DNA of 58,736 nt. It comes from a virus (Duplodnaviria; Caudoviricetes). Under the pieces are notes generated by a model, which made no database searches, was not told the origin of the DNA, and saw only the letters and a list, made by a program, of their open reading frames with translations. The position numbers and the translations under genes are program-made. The stretch spans positions 1 through 58,736 of the IMG/VR virus record IMGVR_UViG_3300023243_000165; one strand, given 5' to 3'. Shown here in pieces: positions 43,136 to 52,578 of the stretch; positions within the stretch are counted from its first letter, which is position 1, and each line of letters begins with the position of its first letter.

Positions 43136-44984
43136 CTCCTAAGGCAACGTCAACTTTACTTGGAACTTTGAACTCCATACAGTTTTCCATTGCTTCTTTA
43201 ATTATTTTAACATCTTTTTCATTTTCTATATCAAAACAAAGTTCATCATGTATCTGTACTTTCGGTAGATACCCTGCATCATAACAAGCAATAATAGCTT
43301 GTTTAGTTTGATCCGCAGCAGAACCTTGTATTAATCTGTTTAATGCTTTGTAAGTAAAAGCTCTTTTGATATTACTTCTACCATATTTCGATGAAGCATT
43401 TTCAAAAGTTTCAGCTGTATGAATACCAAAGTCTCTTGGCTCCCACATCTCAAATCTACACTTTCTACCCTTTTTAGTTCTGATAACACCTTCGTCACTT
43501 GCTTTCTTCATACATCTATCAGATAATAGCTTCACAAATGGAACCTTTCTATTATATTTTGCTATTAGGGCTGATGCTTCTTCAGTTGATAATCCTAGAG
43601 AATTGGCCAGCTTATTTTTCCCCATACCATACATTAATCCTAGCCCTATTGTCTTTGCTTGCTTTCGTTCTATGCCTGCTAAATCGGCTACAGTCTGGTG
43701 AAAGTCAGTTTCTGAGTTTGTATACGCCTCTACTAGTTCATTAGAGCCTTCATAGCCCTCACCAATAGAGGCTGCATAGTGTACTACCATTCTTGGTTCT
43801 TGCTGTGAGTAATCAAAACTTCCCCATTTACAACCTGTTTCGGGTAAGAAGAGACCTCTGATTTTTGGTCCAAAGTCCTTATTACGAGCGGGTAACTGTT
43901 GAAGATTAGGATTAGCCATAGACAGACGGCCAGAGACAGTGCCCCCACTGTCAGAACGTAACTGATTAATTTCCCCATGTATCCTTCCCTTGTGTTCGTA
44001 TTTTAATATTGAGTCTAAGAATGTACCATGAAACTTGTTGATCTCCCTGGCTTGTGCTATATATTTACTAATTTCGTGTTTCGAATTAGATAACCAATTT
44101 TGTGTAAAAGATGGCTCATGAGTTTTGTCAGTACGTGGATAATCTATCCCTAATTTGTCGTAGGCTTCGGCTATTTGTCTTGCTGCCCATATGTCTACTT
44201 CTTTTCCACATAACTGTTTTATTTTTATTAAAAATTCTTTTTCCTGAGCTTGAAATTCTTTCTTTAATCTATGAGCTTTTTCAACGTCTACTTTTATACC
44301 TTTCTGTCTCATTTTAATTAAGATAGGTAATAATTTAGTTTCAAGTTCCCATACCGTTTGTAAATTTTGATTGTTAATTTCTGGTTTAAATCTTTGCCAT
44401 AAAAGATAAGTTAAACGTGCATCCTGCTCTGCATAAAAACCAACATGCTCTGCAGGTAACATCCACATCTCCCCTTTAGGATCTATACCGTGATCCTTTG
44501 CAGCTTCTTTTAGATCTTGTTCGGACTTTAGCTCACCAAGATAATCTTTAGATAATGCGTTTAAGCTATAAGACCATCTGTTCTCATCAATTACAGCAGC
44601 TGTAATCATTGTATCCACTATTTCACCTTCTACTTTTATACCCATTTGTGCTAACCAACCTACGTCGTACTGTCCATTATGGAATATTTTTCTTGAAGGT
44701 AACTTACACACATCTTTCATGTATTGAATTACTTGTGGCTCAATCATATTACCACCACCAAAATGTTTAAAAGGATAATAACCCTGCCATCCCTCTACTG
44801 CTACAGCAAAACCAATAACATAACCATTACCAGTTGCCCAACCTGCACCTAATTTATTATTAATTCCATCATCTCTTGTTTCTAAATCAATTGCTATCTC
44901 GTCATATTGAGATAGATCTTTGTATTCCGATGGACAAGACCAAATATGTTTTTTTAAATTAAATGTTAATTGTAAACCTGTCAT
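43113..44984 (-). CDS. polA: DNA polymerase family A with 3'-5' exonuclease
   Basis: Exo 'DLET','HNGQYD','YAEQD'; motif A 'DYSQQEPR', motif B 'KTIGLGLMYG', motif C 'QIHDEL'. Confidence 0.96.
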   Translation of the reverse strand: MTGLQLTFNLKKHIWSCPSEYKDLSQYDEIAIDLETRDDGINNKLGAGWATGNGYVIGFAVAVEGWQGYYPFKHFGGGNMIEPQVIQYMKDVCKLPSRKIFHNGQYDVGWLAQMGIKVEGEIVDTMITAAVIDENRWSYSLNALSKDYLGELKSEQDLKEAAKDHGIDPKGEMWMLPAEHVGFYAEQDARLTYLLWQRFKPEINNQNLQTVWELETKLLPILIKMRQKGIKVDVEKAHRLKKEFQAQEKEFLIKIKQLCGKEVDIWAARQIAEAYDKLGIDYPRTDKTHEPSFTQNWLSNSKHEISKYIAQAREINKFHGTFLDSILKYEHKGRIHGEINQLRSDSGGTVSGRLSMANPNLQQLPARNKDFGPKIRGLFLPETGCKWGSFDYSQQEPRMVVHYAASIGEGYEGSNELVEAYTNSETDFHQTVADLAGIERKQAKTIGLGLMYGMGKNKLANSLGLSTEEASALIAKYNRKVPFVKLLSDRCMKKASDEGVIRTKKGRKCRFEMWEPRDFGIHTAETFENASSKYGRSNIKRAFTYKALNRLIQGSAADQTKQAIIACYDAGYLPKVQIHDELCFDIENEKDVKIIKEAMENCMEFKVPSKVDVALGDDFGQAS

Positions 44985-45172
44985 GCTGATGCCTTTTGAT
45001 TAAGATAATAAACTCTTCTTTGAGAGCCATCATATTTTGCTAACCTTCGTTTCATTTTTTGATTCTCCTCGTATAGTTCTTCATTACGCTCAGTAAGCTT
45101 TTTAATTTTCGCTCCATATATTTTTCTATAGAGTAAGCTCCAATTTCTACCTACGCTTTTTTGCTTTATCAT
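44981..45172 (-). CDS. Small coiled-coil protein
   Basis: 63 aa coupled ORF. Confidence 0.65.
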   Translation of the reverse strand: MIKQKSVGRNWSLLYRKIYGAKIKKLTERNEELYEENQKMKRRLAKYDGSQRRVYYLNQKASA

Positions 45173-45401
45173 CTGTCAGTTTTTTTATTTCTAAATCACA
45201 ATAATGTTTTATTTTTTCTAGATCCTGTATACCTGCCTTGTTTTTGTAACGACAAACATATTTAATTACATTGCCTTGAAAAAAAGATAAGTCGTTCTTT
45301 GAAATAAACTCATAAGGTTGTATATGAAACTCCTTGTAATGATTTCCCCCAACTTGTTTATCTTGTGGAAATGAATCTTCAAACATATCTTTATGTGTCA
45401 T
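45147..45401 (-). CDS. DUF3310/SaV-like protein
   Basis: 'QVGGNHY..IQP..GNVIKYVCRY..K.GIQDLEK'. Confidence 0.85.
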   Translation of the reverse strand: MTHKDMFEDSFPQDKQVGGNHYKEFHIQPYEFISKNDLSFFQGNVIKYVCRYKNKAGIQDLEKIKHYCDLEIKKLTDDKAKKRR

Positions 45402-45645
45402 ACTCCACACATCCCTTCACATTCATTATTAAATAAATCAGGACCATCATCGTTTTTAAACTTTACTTCATCTAAAGGTACACATTTTCTATGTACAAAG
45501 TTTTTTACTTTTGGATTATGCATACGCATCTTTTTATCAAATTCTACAGCAGATGCAAATTCTTTTGGTCTATTATTCTTCATATCTATCCAAAAATTAT
45601 CATCATGAAAAGGACATCCAATACATGCTGATTTAACTGGTATTT
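45398..45645 (-). pseudogene. C-terminal remnant of a PAPS-reductase-like Fe-S protein
   Basis: In-frame KIPVKSACIGCPFHDDNFWIDM...ECEGMCGV with no ATG upstream of the Cys motif; abuts helicase stop. Confidence 0.65.
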
Positions 45646-47289
45646 TTAATTGTTTCCTTGTAAATATACAAGATAATCTTCACCAATAGGGTAATGATAT
45701 TTATAATCAGTACTTAATAAATGTAAACTATCCCTCGCTCTTGTAACCCCTGTATACCAAACTTTCTTTTCATTTGATTTTTCATCATTGTTTTTATGTC
45801 TATAACTTGCAGGCCAATTAGCTTTTGAATAAAGTAATACATGATTAGCCTCATCTCCTTTAACAGAATGTATTGTATCTATTATAACATTAGGGTTACC
45901 ATCCAGCTTATCTTGTTTATATCTTCTCAATAACCTTAAAAAGTAAATAACTTGTCTTGGTTTAAAGTTACGTCTAAGGATCCACCACCATTGTTTACTT
46001 TGATCTTCATCAGGTAGATCTAAGCCACACCATTCTTTTAAACCTTTAAAGTTATATCTCGTATAATCTGGTTGCTGCGACCAAAACTTATTGGTTCTAT
46101 AATCAGAGCTAGTTACTTGTCTAATATATTTATACATAGCTTCAGCTTCTTTTTTCATAATCTCTTTACCATTAGAAATAGCTGTCCAGGCTTTAATAGC
46201 TACCCATTGATTCTGATCAAATGACTTACGGCCTTTGTTATCCGCAAAATATATTCCTGCATCTTTGGCTAATGCTTTTAGTTCATTAACTGTTGTGTGT
46301 ATTCTTCCAAGTAAAAACCATTTACCATCATCTTTCTCAAAAGGTATTTCTTTAAAACTTAAATATCTTTTAACTGTTCCGTCTTTAACCAAAGGTTCAA
46401 ATTCTTTATCTACACTATCAATTATTCCTTTTCTAACTATCTGTGAGAACTGGTGTATTGCAGTGCCAAATCTTCTAGTCTTACGTAATACTACTTTTCT
46501 TCCTGGAAAATACTTAGTAAAGTAATTTGTATCCGCACCATTCCATTGGTAAATAGCTTGGTCATCATCTCCAGCTAAATAAATTCTTTTTACATTCTCA
46601 GACATCTTATAAATCAAAGACCATTGTAATGGAGTAAAGTCCTGAGCTTCATCTAATATTAATACATCTAATGCTGGAAAATCTACTTCATGTAGAGCTC
46701 GTTCAATCATATCTGTAAAATCTAAAAAAGATTTATCACTTCCATTTTTCTTATAGTGTTTGTACGTGTCTATCTTTCTAGTAAACACATCAAGTGATTC
46801 TTTCTTCTGTGATTCTCTTTTGTAAATTAATATTGGATCCTCTAATAAGTTTCTTGATTTGTCATAAACACCTAAGGACCAATCAACATAAGTAAAATTA
46901 TCTTGAGATAATCTATTATCAGATCTCTTAACAAAATTATTAGTTAATGCGTAATCAATCATGCAGTCTTTAGTATCAAATATCTCTTCCTCAAAATATC
47001 TTCTACAGTATGAGTGTAGTGTTCTAAATCTTGAGAATGATTGTGAATTTAAATTAGGGAAAGCCTCTAAAGCTCTTATCTTAGCCGTGTCCACTGCTTT
47101 ATTAGTAAAAGATATAAAAGCAATCTTATCTGGATCAATACCTTGTTTAAGATATTTTTTAACAACTCTCTCAATTAAAGTCCAAGTCTTACCTGTTCCC
47201 GGAGGACCAAAGATTTTAATTGTTTTGTTGTGTATCTTTTTTTGTTTCTGGAGTCCTAAATTTTGCGTGGTATCCATCATCCATCTCAC
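45646..47289 (-). CDS. UvrD/Rep-like SF1 helicase
   Basis: 'GPPGTGKT', 'DEAQD', 'GDDDQAIY', 'TIHSVKGDE', 'YTGVTRAR'. Confidence 0.93.
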   Translation of the reverse strand: MRWMMDTTQNLGLQKQKKIHNKTIKIFGPPGTGKTWTLIERVVKKYLKQGIDPDKIAFISFTNKAVDTAKIRALEAFPNLNSQSFSRFRTLHSYCRRYFEEEIFDTKDCMIDYALTNNFVKRSDNRLSQDNFTYVDWSLGVYDKSRNLLEDPILIYKRESQKKESLDVFTRKIDTYKHYKKNGSDKSFLDFTDMIERALHEVDFPALDVLILDEAQDFTPLQWSLIYKMSENVKRIYLAGDDDQAIYQWNGADTNYFTKYFPGRKVVLRKTRRFGTAIHQFSQIVRKGIIDSVDKEFEPLVKDGTVKRYLSFKEIPFEKDDGKWFLLGRIHTTVNELKALAKDAGIYFADNKGRKSFDQNQWVAIKAWTAISNGKEIMKKEAEAMYKYIRQVTSSDYRTNKFWSQQPDYTRYNFKGLKEWCGLDLPDEDQSKQWWWILRRNFKPRQVIYFLRLLRRYKQDKLDGNPNVIIDTIHSVKGDEANHVLLYSKANWPASYRHKNNDEKSNEKKVWYTGVTRARDSLHLLSTDYKYHYPIGEDYLVYLQGNN

Positions 47290-48811
47290 TAAGTTCTTCT
47301 TGGTTATTATTTTTTGGTTTTATTTTTTGGTGGTTAACAAAGTCAGGCATAGTTACATACCAGACGTTACGCTCGCCTTCAAAGAAATCATGCTTCTCAC
47401 ATTTAAGTAATCTAACTGCTTGGTTAACAGTGTTAAATGGAGTTTTACGTCTACCTAAAAAGTCTGCAAGTGTATTACGTTTGAAGTAACAAATGTTTAC
47501 CTTACTATCTAATACTGTGTAGCCATCTTTAAGTTTAGTAAAATCATCTTGTTCAATCGTACTTTCAAAAAATATTTTAAGTGTATTATACTTCTCTTCC
47601 TCTACTGTATCTTCATATTTAAATGAAGTATTCTCTACAGCACTTTCTAATAAATGTTTCATTAATAACTCAAATGGACTAGGCCCCTTTTTAGGTCTAG
47701 GTAAAGTAAGCCAAAAGATTCTGTACTTAGCTAAACATACACGCCATGATTTCTCATCTTTAGTGTCTTCCGGTTTAAATGTAATATGTCTATCTCTAAA
47801 ATCACACTCATATAAAATACCTTTTGAATCTTCTGTGTAAGTTAAATCTGTAAATTCATTTTTAATATCTGGCGCCTGAGCACCAATTCCAAGTTTTCTA
47901 AGCTTACAAGTTTCTTTATCACATATAGAGGATACAAACATATGTTTAGGTGGACAAAAGTATTCATAACCTTTTGTATGTACTGACTGCGCAGTTCCAT
48001 CACTTTCAGTTCTTTTTAAAGCACCTTTAGGGTGGGTGGCAAATATTGTTTTTTGTCTTTCCCAAGCAATGTCTTTTAATTGTTTTACAGTAAGATTACC
48101 TTCTGCTTTTTTCATTTCAGTAACACAAACATTAAACAACATACTGTTTCTTTCTCCAGACCAGCCTTCTTGAATTACTTTTTGCACACAAGGTGGGTAG
48201 TCTCTCCAATCTGTTTCAGCATTGTACTCAGTTACTTTATAATTATAAAAATCTTTAGGGGTAATAGTTTTCTTTTTTGCTAATTCTAAAAAGCCACCTA
48301 ACATTAGAGGTGTATTGCTATCATCAAACGCATACTCAACTGCAGCATTTGCATTAAAGTAAGGCATCCCTACTGCTTTATTAAGTGGAAATACTTCTTT
48401 AGATAAAAAGTATTCTTTGTTAATCTCTTCTAGTTTTTCTTTTACTTTTTGTTTGTCTGCCCAATCTGAAAAAAATATAAATAAATGTAATCCACCTGAC
48501 TTAGATTTAACAGGCAGTAAGGGTAATTCAAAATCTTTAATAATGTCTACGTATTTTTTAGATGTGTATTCTTTGTAGTTAGCTGGATCAATATCTATGC
48601 AAGACCATTTAAGCTTGTCACCATCTTCCGGTCTTACCCCTATTTGTTTTTTACCATCCACATGACCCTTCCACAATTCTTCTGTGACTGGTTCGTGGAT
48701 CGTGAGGTAATCAGCTTTTCTCTTACCCCGTTCATCCATCTCCCCCGTCAGAGAGATGGTGATGAACTGGGAAGAGTCACCTTCAAATAAATGAAGTAAC
48801 TCTTTTTGCAT
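47216..48811 (-). CDS. AEP-superfamily primase
   Basis: 'IDID', 'SKSGGLHLF', 'PPC' C-terminal domain with Cys cluster. Confidence 0.82.
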   Translation of the reverse strand: MQKELLHLFEGDSSQFITISLTGEMDERGKRKADYLTIHEPVTEELWKGHVDGKKQIGVRPEDGDKLKWSCIDIDPANYKEYTSKKYVDIIKDFELPLLPVKSKSGGLHLFIFFSDWADKQKVKEKLEEINKEYFLSKEVFPLNKAVGMPYFNANAAVEYAFDDSNTPLMLGGFLELAKKKTITPKDFYNYKVTEYNAETDWRDYPPCVQKVIQEGWSGERNSMLFNVCVTEMKKAEGNLTVKQLKDIAWERQKTIFATHPKGALKRTESDGTAQSVHTKGYEYFCPPKHMFVSSICDKETCKLRKLGIGAQAPDIKNEFTDLTYTEDSKGILYECDFRDRHITFKPEDTKDEKSWRVCLAKYRIFWLTLPRPKKGPSPFELLMKHLLESAVENTSFKYEDTVEEEKYNTLKIFFESTIEQDDFTKLKDGYTVLDSKVNICYFKRNTLADFLGRRKTPFNTVNQAVRLLKCEKHDFFEGERNVWYVTMPDFVNHQKIKPKNNNQEELSEMDDGYHAKFRTPETKKDTQQNN

Positions 48812-49635
48812 TAGAACGGTGTACTTTGACTTTCAACCTGCTTAGTCTCAGCAGATCCATCTTTACCGAAGTCTACCTTACCAAAGATATCGCTTTTCTT
48901 AGCGGTCTCATAAAACGCTCTTGTCGACTCTAATGTGCCCGACAATTTTGGATCATCTAGATAGCTATCAAATTCGACAACCCAACCGTACCAAGAGTTT
49001 TGTGAGTTACTTTCTTTAGTGGTCTTTAGTCTATAGGCCGTTGCCCAAGACGGTGGAGTAAAGAAACCATTTTTACCTTTTAATCTACGACTCTGCATCA
49101 TAGAGTTCCAGGTTTTACTCTTTTTCTTTTGAGTAGATTTCATAGAGATTAGTGCGGTCTCAACCGGTAAATAATCTTTATCCAAGATATATACAAAATG
49201 GTTCCCTGTATCTTCGATATAGTTTCCATTTTCTAATCTATCTTTACCATCATCGCCTCTACTTGTTTGAGACATGATTGCAAGATCATTGTGAATACCC
49301 ACAGGTCTCCCCGGACTATCACCTCTATCTTTCCACTCATTGAAAGTGTTTATATATAAACACGGTACAACAATTAATCCGTCTTTTCCTTTGAAAAGAT
49401 TTCCAGACGTCTCATTGTAGATGTCACCTTGTTTAGCAGATTCAATATACTTGCCATCTGAATCGTCAAGTACTGGTGAATTGCTATAAAGGATTTTTAA
49501 GATAGGGAGTTTAGTATCCCTTGCAGTCACGAACTCTTGTCCTTGTCCTGCTAACTCTTCCAAATTAAATTGCGTTGGAACACCCGCTTCTTTTTTCACA
49601 GCTACATTGTTAGCTGCATCGTTTGCTTTTTGCAT
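48811..49635 (-). CDS. Putative single-stranded DNA-binding protein
   Basis: 'ISMKSTQKKKSKTWNS', 'SWYGW', PF C-terminus; replication operon. Confidence 0.7.
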   Translation of the reverse strand: MQKANDAANNVAVKKEAGVPTQFNLEELAGQGQEFVTARDTKLPILKILYSNSPVLDDSDGKYIESAKQGDIYNETSGNLFKGKDGLIVVPCLYINTFNEWKDRGDSPGRPVGIHNDLAIMSQTSRGDDGKDRLENGNYIEDTGNHFVYILDKDYLPVETALISMKSTQKKKSKTWNSMMQSRRLKGKNGFFTPPSWATAYRLKTTKESNSQNSWYGWVVEFDSYLDDPKLSGTLESTRAFYETAKKSDIFGKVDFGKDGSAETKQVESQSTPF

Positions 49636-49636
49636 G

Positions 49637-50182
49637 TTACTCCTTCATTGTTAGTTTGGTTCTTGTTGCTACATAAACACCGAATAAATCGGCAGGAACG
49701 TCTTTCCCTTTTTCAATTTGTTCTCTTACGAACGCCTTGAGAGTCATCGGTTCTACCTTTTCGGCTTGTTTAACATTATGCCCTTTATTTCGTAATTCGT
49801 CAACCAAAGATTTTGCTGAATTGTCCTCGTTACGACCAAAAGTTAATGTTACGTTGTTTTTGATTAGATCTCCAAATTGATTTTCTCGGAGCCAATCAAA
49901 AGCTTCCTCTGTTCTGGATGCAGGTATTCTCGCACCATAGTATGGTTTAATCTCTACTGAGGAACCATCCGTAAGTTTGATTTGTGCTACACCAGCTTTT
50001 TGCATTAAGTTAGGGATATCCGATTCGGAAAGCTTCAACTCTTCTTCTTTTTTCTTTTTTAGTTTATCTTCTAGCGTTGATACTTCCTTCTGAATGTCCA
50101 ATAGCTTATTACATAGTTCAGCAATGTCTGACGACATGCTTGTATCGATAGTTATGTTTTTCGATAGTTGTTCTAAGTCCAT
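49637..50182 (-). CDS. Conserved replication-module protein
   Basis: 'AFDWLRENQFGDLIKN..VEPMTLKAFVRE'; AAGGAGG RBS before ATG 50182. Confidence 0.78.
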   Translation of the reverse strand: MDLEQLSKNITIDTSMSSDIAELCNKLLDIQKEVSTLEDKLKKKKEEELKLSESDIPNLMQKAGVAQIKLTDGSSVEIKPYYGARIPASRTEEAFDWLRENQFGDLIKNNVTLTFGRNEDNSAKSLVDELRNKGHNVKQAEKVEPMTLKAFVREQIEKGKDVPADLFGVYVATRTKLTMKE

Positions 50183-50200
50183 AATGACCTCCTTGAGTAC

Positions 50201-50245
50201 CATGTAAATTAATGATTTGACACTGTCAATAAAAAAATATATTTA
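50201..50245. promoter_or_regulatory. Overlapping divergent promoters
   Basis: TTGACA-C-TGTCAA (50217-50229) supplies -35 boxes on both strands. Confidence 0.6.
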
Positions 50246-50282
50246 TTTTTAAAAATACATTAAATTGTATTAAAAAAGAAAC

Positions 50283-51686
50283 ATGAAAAAATTTGAATAT
50301 AAAACTGAACCTTTTGATCATCAACGTACAGCATTGAAACAAGGTGCCAAGTGGGGAGCTTATGCTTACTTCATGGAGATGGGTACAGGCAAAACTAAAG
50401 TTGCCATAGACAATGCAAATTATTTATTTTCTACAGATTCTATTACACACGTCATGGTTGTTGCACCTAATTCAGTTTATAGAAATTGGATTAAAGAAAT
50501 AGATATTCATTCACATACTGATTACACAATAAGTGTACACAAAGATAAAAAAACTTATGGTAAAGGTAAAATACAATGGTTCTTAATTAATGTTGAAGCA
50601 TTGAGTCACAAAAGTGGAGTAGACGTAATATCAAAATTAATTAACCGTCATGGTCAGAAGATGATGTGGATTCTAGATGAATCCACGACAATAAAAAACA
50701 AAACAGCAAAAAGAACAAGAAACATTTGTAAACTAGGGAAACAAGTAGCATACAAACGTATCCTAACAGGCTCACCAATAACAAAATCTCCATTAGATTT
50801 ATATACACAATGCGAGTTCCTAAGTCCAGATCTTTTAGGTTTTACTTCTTATTTTACATTTAGAGCTAGATATGCAGTGATGCAACAGATTGAAATGGGT
50901 GGTAAACAAATGCTCTTCCCTAAATATTATACTAATCTTGAGGAGCTTGGTGAAAAATTAAAACTATTTTCATACAGGGTACAGAAAAAAGATTGTTTAG
51001 ATTTACCTGATAAATTATATCAAACTAGAAAAATACAACTAACTGTTAAACAAACAGAAATTTATAATAGATTAAAAAAGTTTGCTTATGCAATAATTAA
51101 TAAAGATGAAGTTAGTTTTGCAAATAAACTTACGGAGATATTAAGACTGCACCAGGTCACAAACGGTTTTGTTAACGCAGATGATGGTACTGTAAACGTG
51201 TTTGAAGATTGTCCTAAAATTAAAGAGTTATTAAATATTGCAGAAGAATCAGAAGGTAAGTTTATAATCTGGGCTAACTATGTACAGAATATTAAAACTA
51301 TTATTAAAAAATTAAAAGATAAGTATGGTCCTAGATCAGTTGTTGAGATCTTCGGTGAAGTATCGACAGAAGATAGACAAGAAGCCGTTAGAAGATTTCA
51401 GGAAGATCCAGAATGTCGTTTCTTTGTAGGTAACCCATCGACAGGGGGTTACGGTCTTACTCTTACGGCAGCTTCTTATGTAGTTTATTTTAGTAACTCA
51501 TATAATCTTGAGGTTCGTGAACAATCGGAAGATAGAGCTCATCGAATTGGACAAGATAAAAACGTAACTTATATAGATTTAATTGCAGAGAACACTATTG
51601 ATGAATTTATTGTAGGTGCCTTAGATAAGAAAATGAAACTTTCCGCACAAACTTTAGGTGAAGAAGTTAAGAAGTGGATAAAGTAG
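50283..51686 (+). CDS. SNF2-like SF2 helicase
   Basis: 'MEMGTGKT', 'DEST', 'LTGSP', 'GGYGLTL', 'QSEDRAHRIGQ'. Confidence 0.93.
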   Translation: MKKFEYKTEPFDHQRTALKQGAKWGAYAYFMEMGTGKTKVAIDNANYLFSTDSITHVMVVAPNSVYRNWIKEIDIHSHTDYTISVHKDKKTYGKGKIQWFLINVEALSHKSGVDVISKLINRHGQKMMWILDESTTIKNKTAKRTRNICKLGKQVAYKRILTGSPITKSPLDLYTQCEFLSPDLLGFTSYFTFRARYAVMQQIEMGGKQMLFPKYYTNLEELGEKLKLFSYRVQKKDCLDLPDKLYQTRKIQLTVKQTEIYNRLKKFAYAIINKDEVSFANKLTEILRLHQVTNGFVNADDGTVNVFEDCPKIKELLNIAEESEGKFIIWANYVQNIKTIIKKLKDKYGPRSVVEIFGEVSTEDRQEAVRRFQEDPECRFFVGNPSTGGYGLTLTAASYVVYFSNSYNLEVREQSEDRAHRIGQDKNVTYIDLIAENTIDEFIVGALDKKMKLSAQTLGEEVKKWIK

Positions 51687-52389
51687 AGTAATACTGTTCA
51701 ACCCTTTTAAACCATTTATCTTCATACTCAGATAATTTAGATTGATCCATTTTAAAACCTTGGAATAACAAATCTTTAGTACAGATAGCTATAAAACCTT
51801 GTAAGATCTCGCCATGTTGTTTCTTGTGGGCTAAGCTGTAGGCTGCAATTTGATAATAATAATCAATTATATACTCTTCTCTTTTAGGTTTATTTGATTG
51901 TTTGAAATCTATTATTGATGGTTTTCCATCATATATAGCTACTAAATCTGTAGATCCAGCCCACTGATCTTCATAGGCTAAGTTAACCTCACTGCCAAAC
52001 ACCTTCGTTAAGGGCCCTAAGCCGTCTTCTATTAAGCGATGAGCCATTAATCGGGCCTGGGCACCCTTTTTTGATAGATTAAAATACCCTTTACCGTTTA
52101 TATATTGTTCTAGCACATAGTGCATTTCTGTACCCCTAGTAGAGGCGTCAATCATGACCCGTTGAGCTTCTTGGTGTCCTACTCTTTCTCTCCAGGCGTC
52201 TAAAGATGCTTTCTTTTCTGGGCTTTGAGTAGCGTTTAATATGGTTGTAACTGAAGGGACTTTCTTTTCGCCTACTTTGTAGGTCCGTGGTCCGTTGTCA
52301 TCGTCTCTAAAATAATTGCCGTAAGAATATTTATTCTCCCAAACAAAGTCTGTAATAGTAAATTTTTGTTCGTCTCTGATTATTTTCAT
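51667..52389 (-). CDS. PD-(D/E)XK exonuclease
   Basis: 'PSVTTIL', 'RGTEMH', 'AGSTD', 'IIDFKQS', 'QIAAY'. Confidence 0.88.
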   Translation of the reverse strand: MKIIRDEQKFTITDFVWENKYSYGNYFRDDDNGPRTYKVGEKKVPSVTTILNATQSPEKKASLDAWRERVGHQEAQRVMIDASTRGTEMHYVLEQYINGKGYFNLSKKGAQARLMAHRLIEDGLGPLTKVFGSEVNLAYEDQWAGSTDLVAIYDGKPSIIDFKQSNKPKREEYIIDYYYQIAAYSLAHKKQHGEILQGFIAICTKDLLFQGFKMDQSKLSEYEDKWFKRVEQYYSTLSTS

Positions 52390-52401
52390 ATGTAGTTAAT
52401 A

Positions 52402-52578
52402 CTACATATGGTTAGAAAGTACAGCTAAAAGTATAGCTCCTAAACCCCCTATAATAAACTTCTCTAGTCTATTAATACGAGTTTCTATCTTTTCAATTTT
52501 TTCGAATGTTTGTTTTTGCATTAATCTGCAGATCTTTTCATGGTATTCAATTTTATCTAATGCAGACTTCTTAGTCAT
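52402..52578 (-). CDS. Coiled-coil plus TM small protein (XhlA/holin-like, 58 aa)
   Basis: Hand-translated 'HEKIC..RINRLEKFIIGGLGAILLAVL'. Confidence 0.65.
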   Translation of the reverse strand: MTKKSALDKIEYHEKICRLMQKQTFEKIEKIETRINRLEKFIIGGLGAILLAVLSNHM

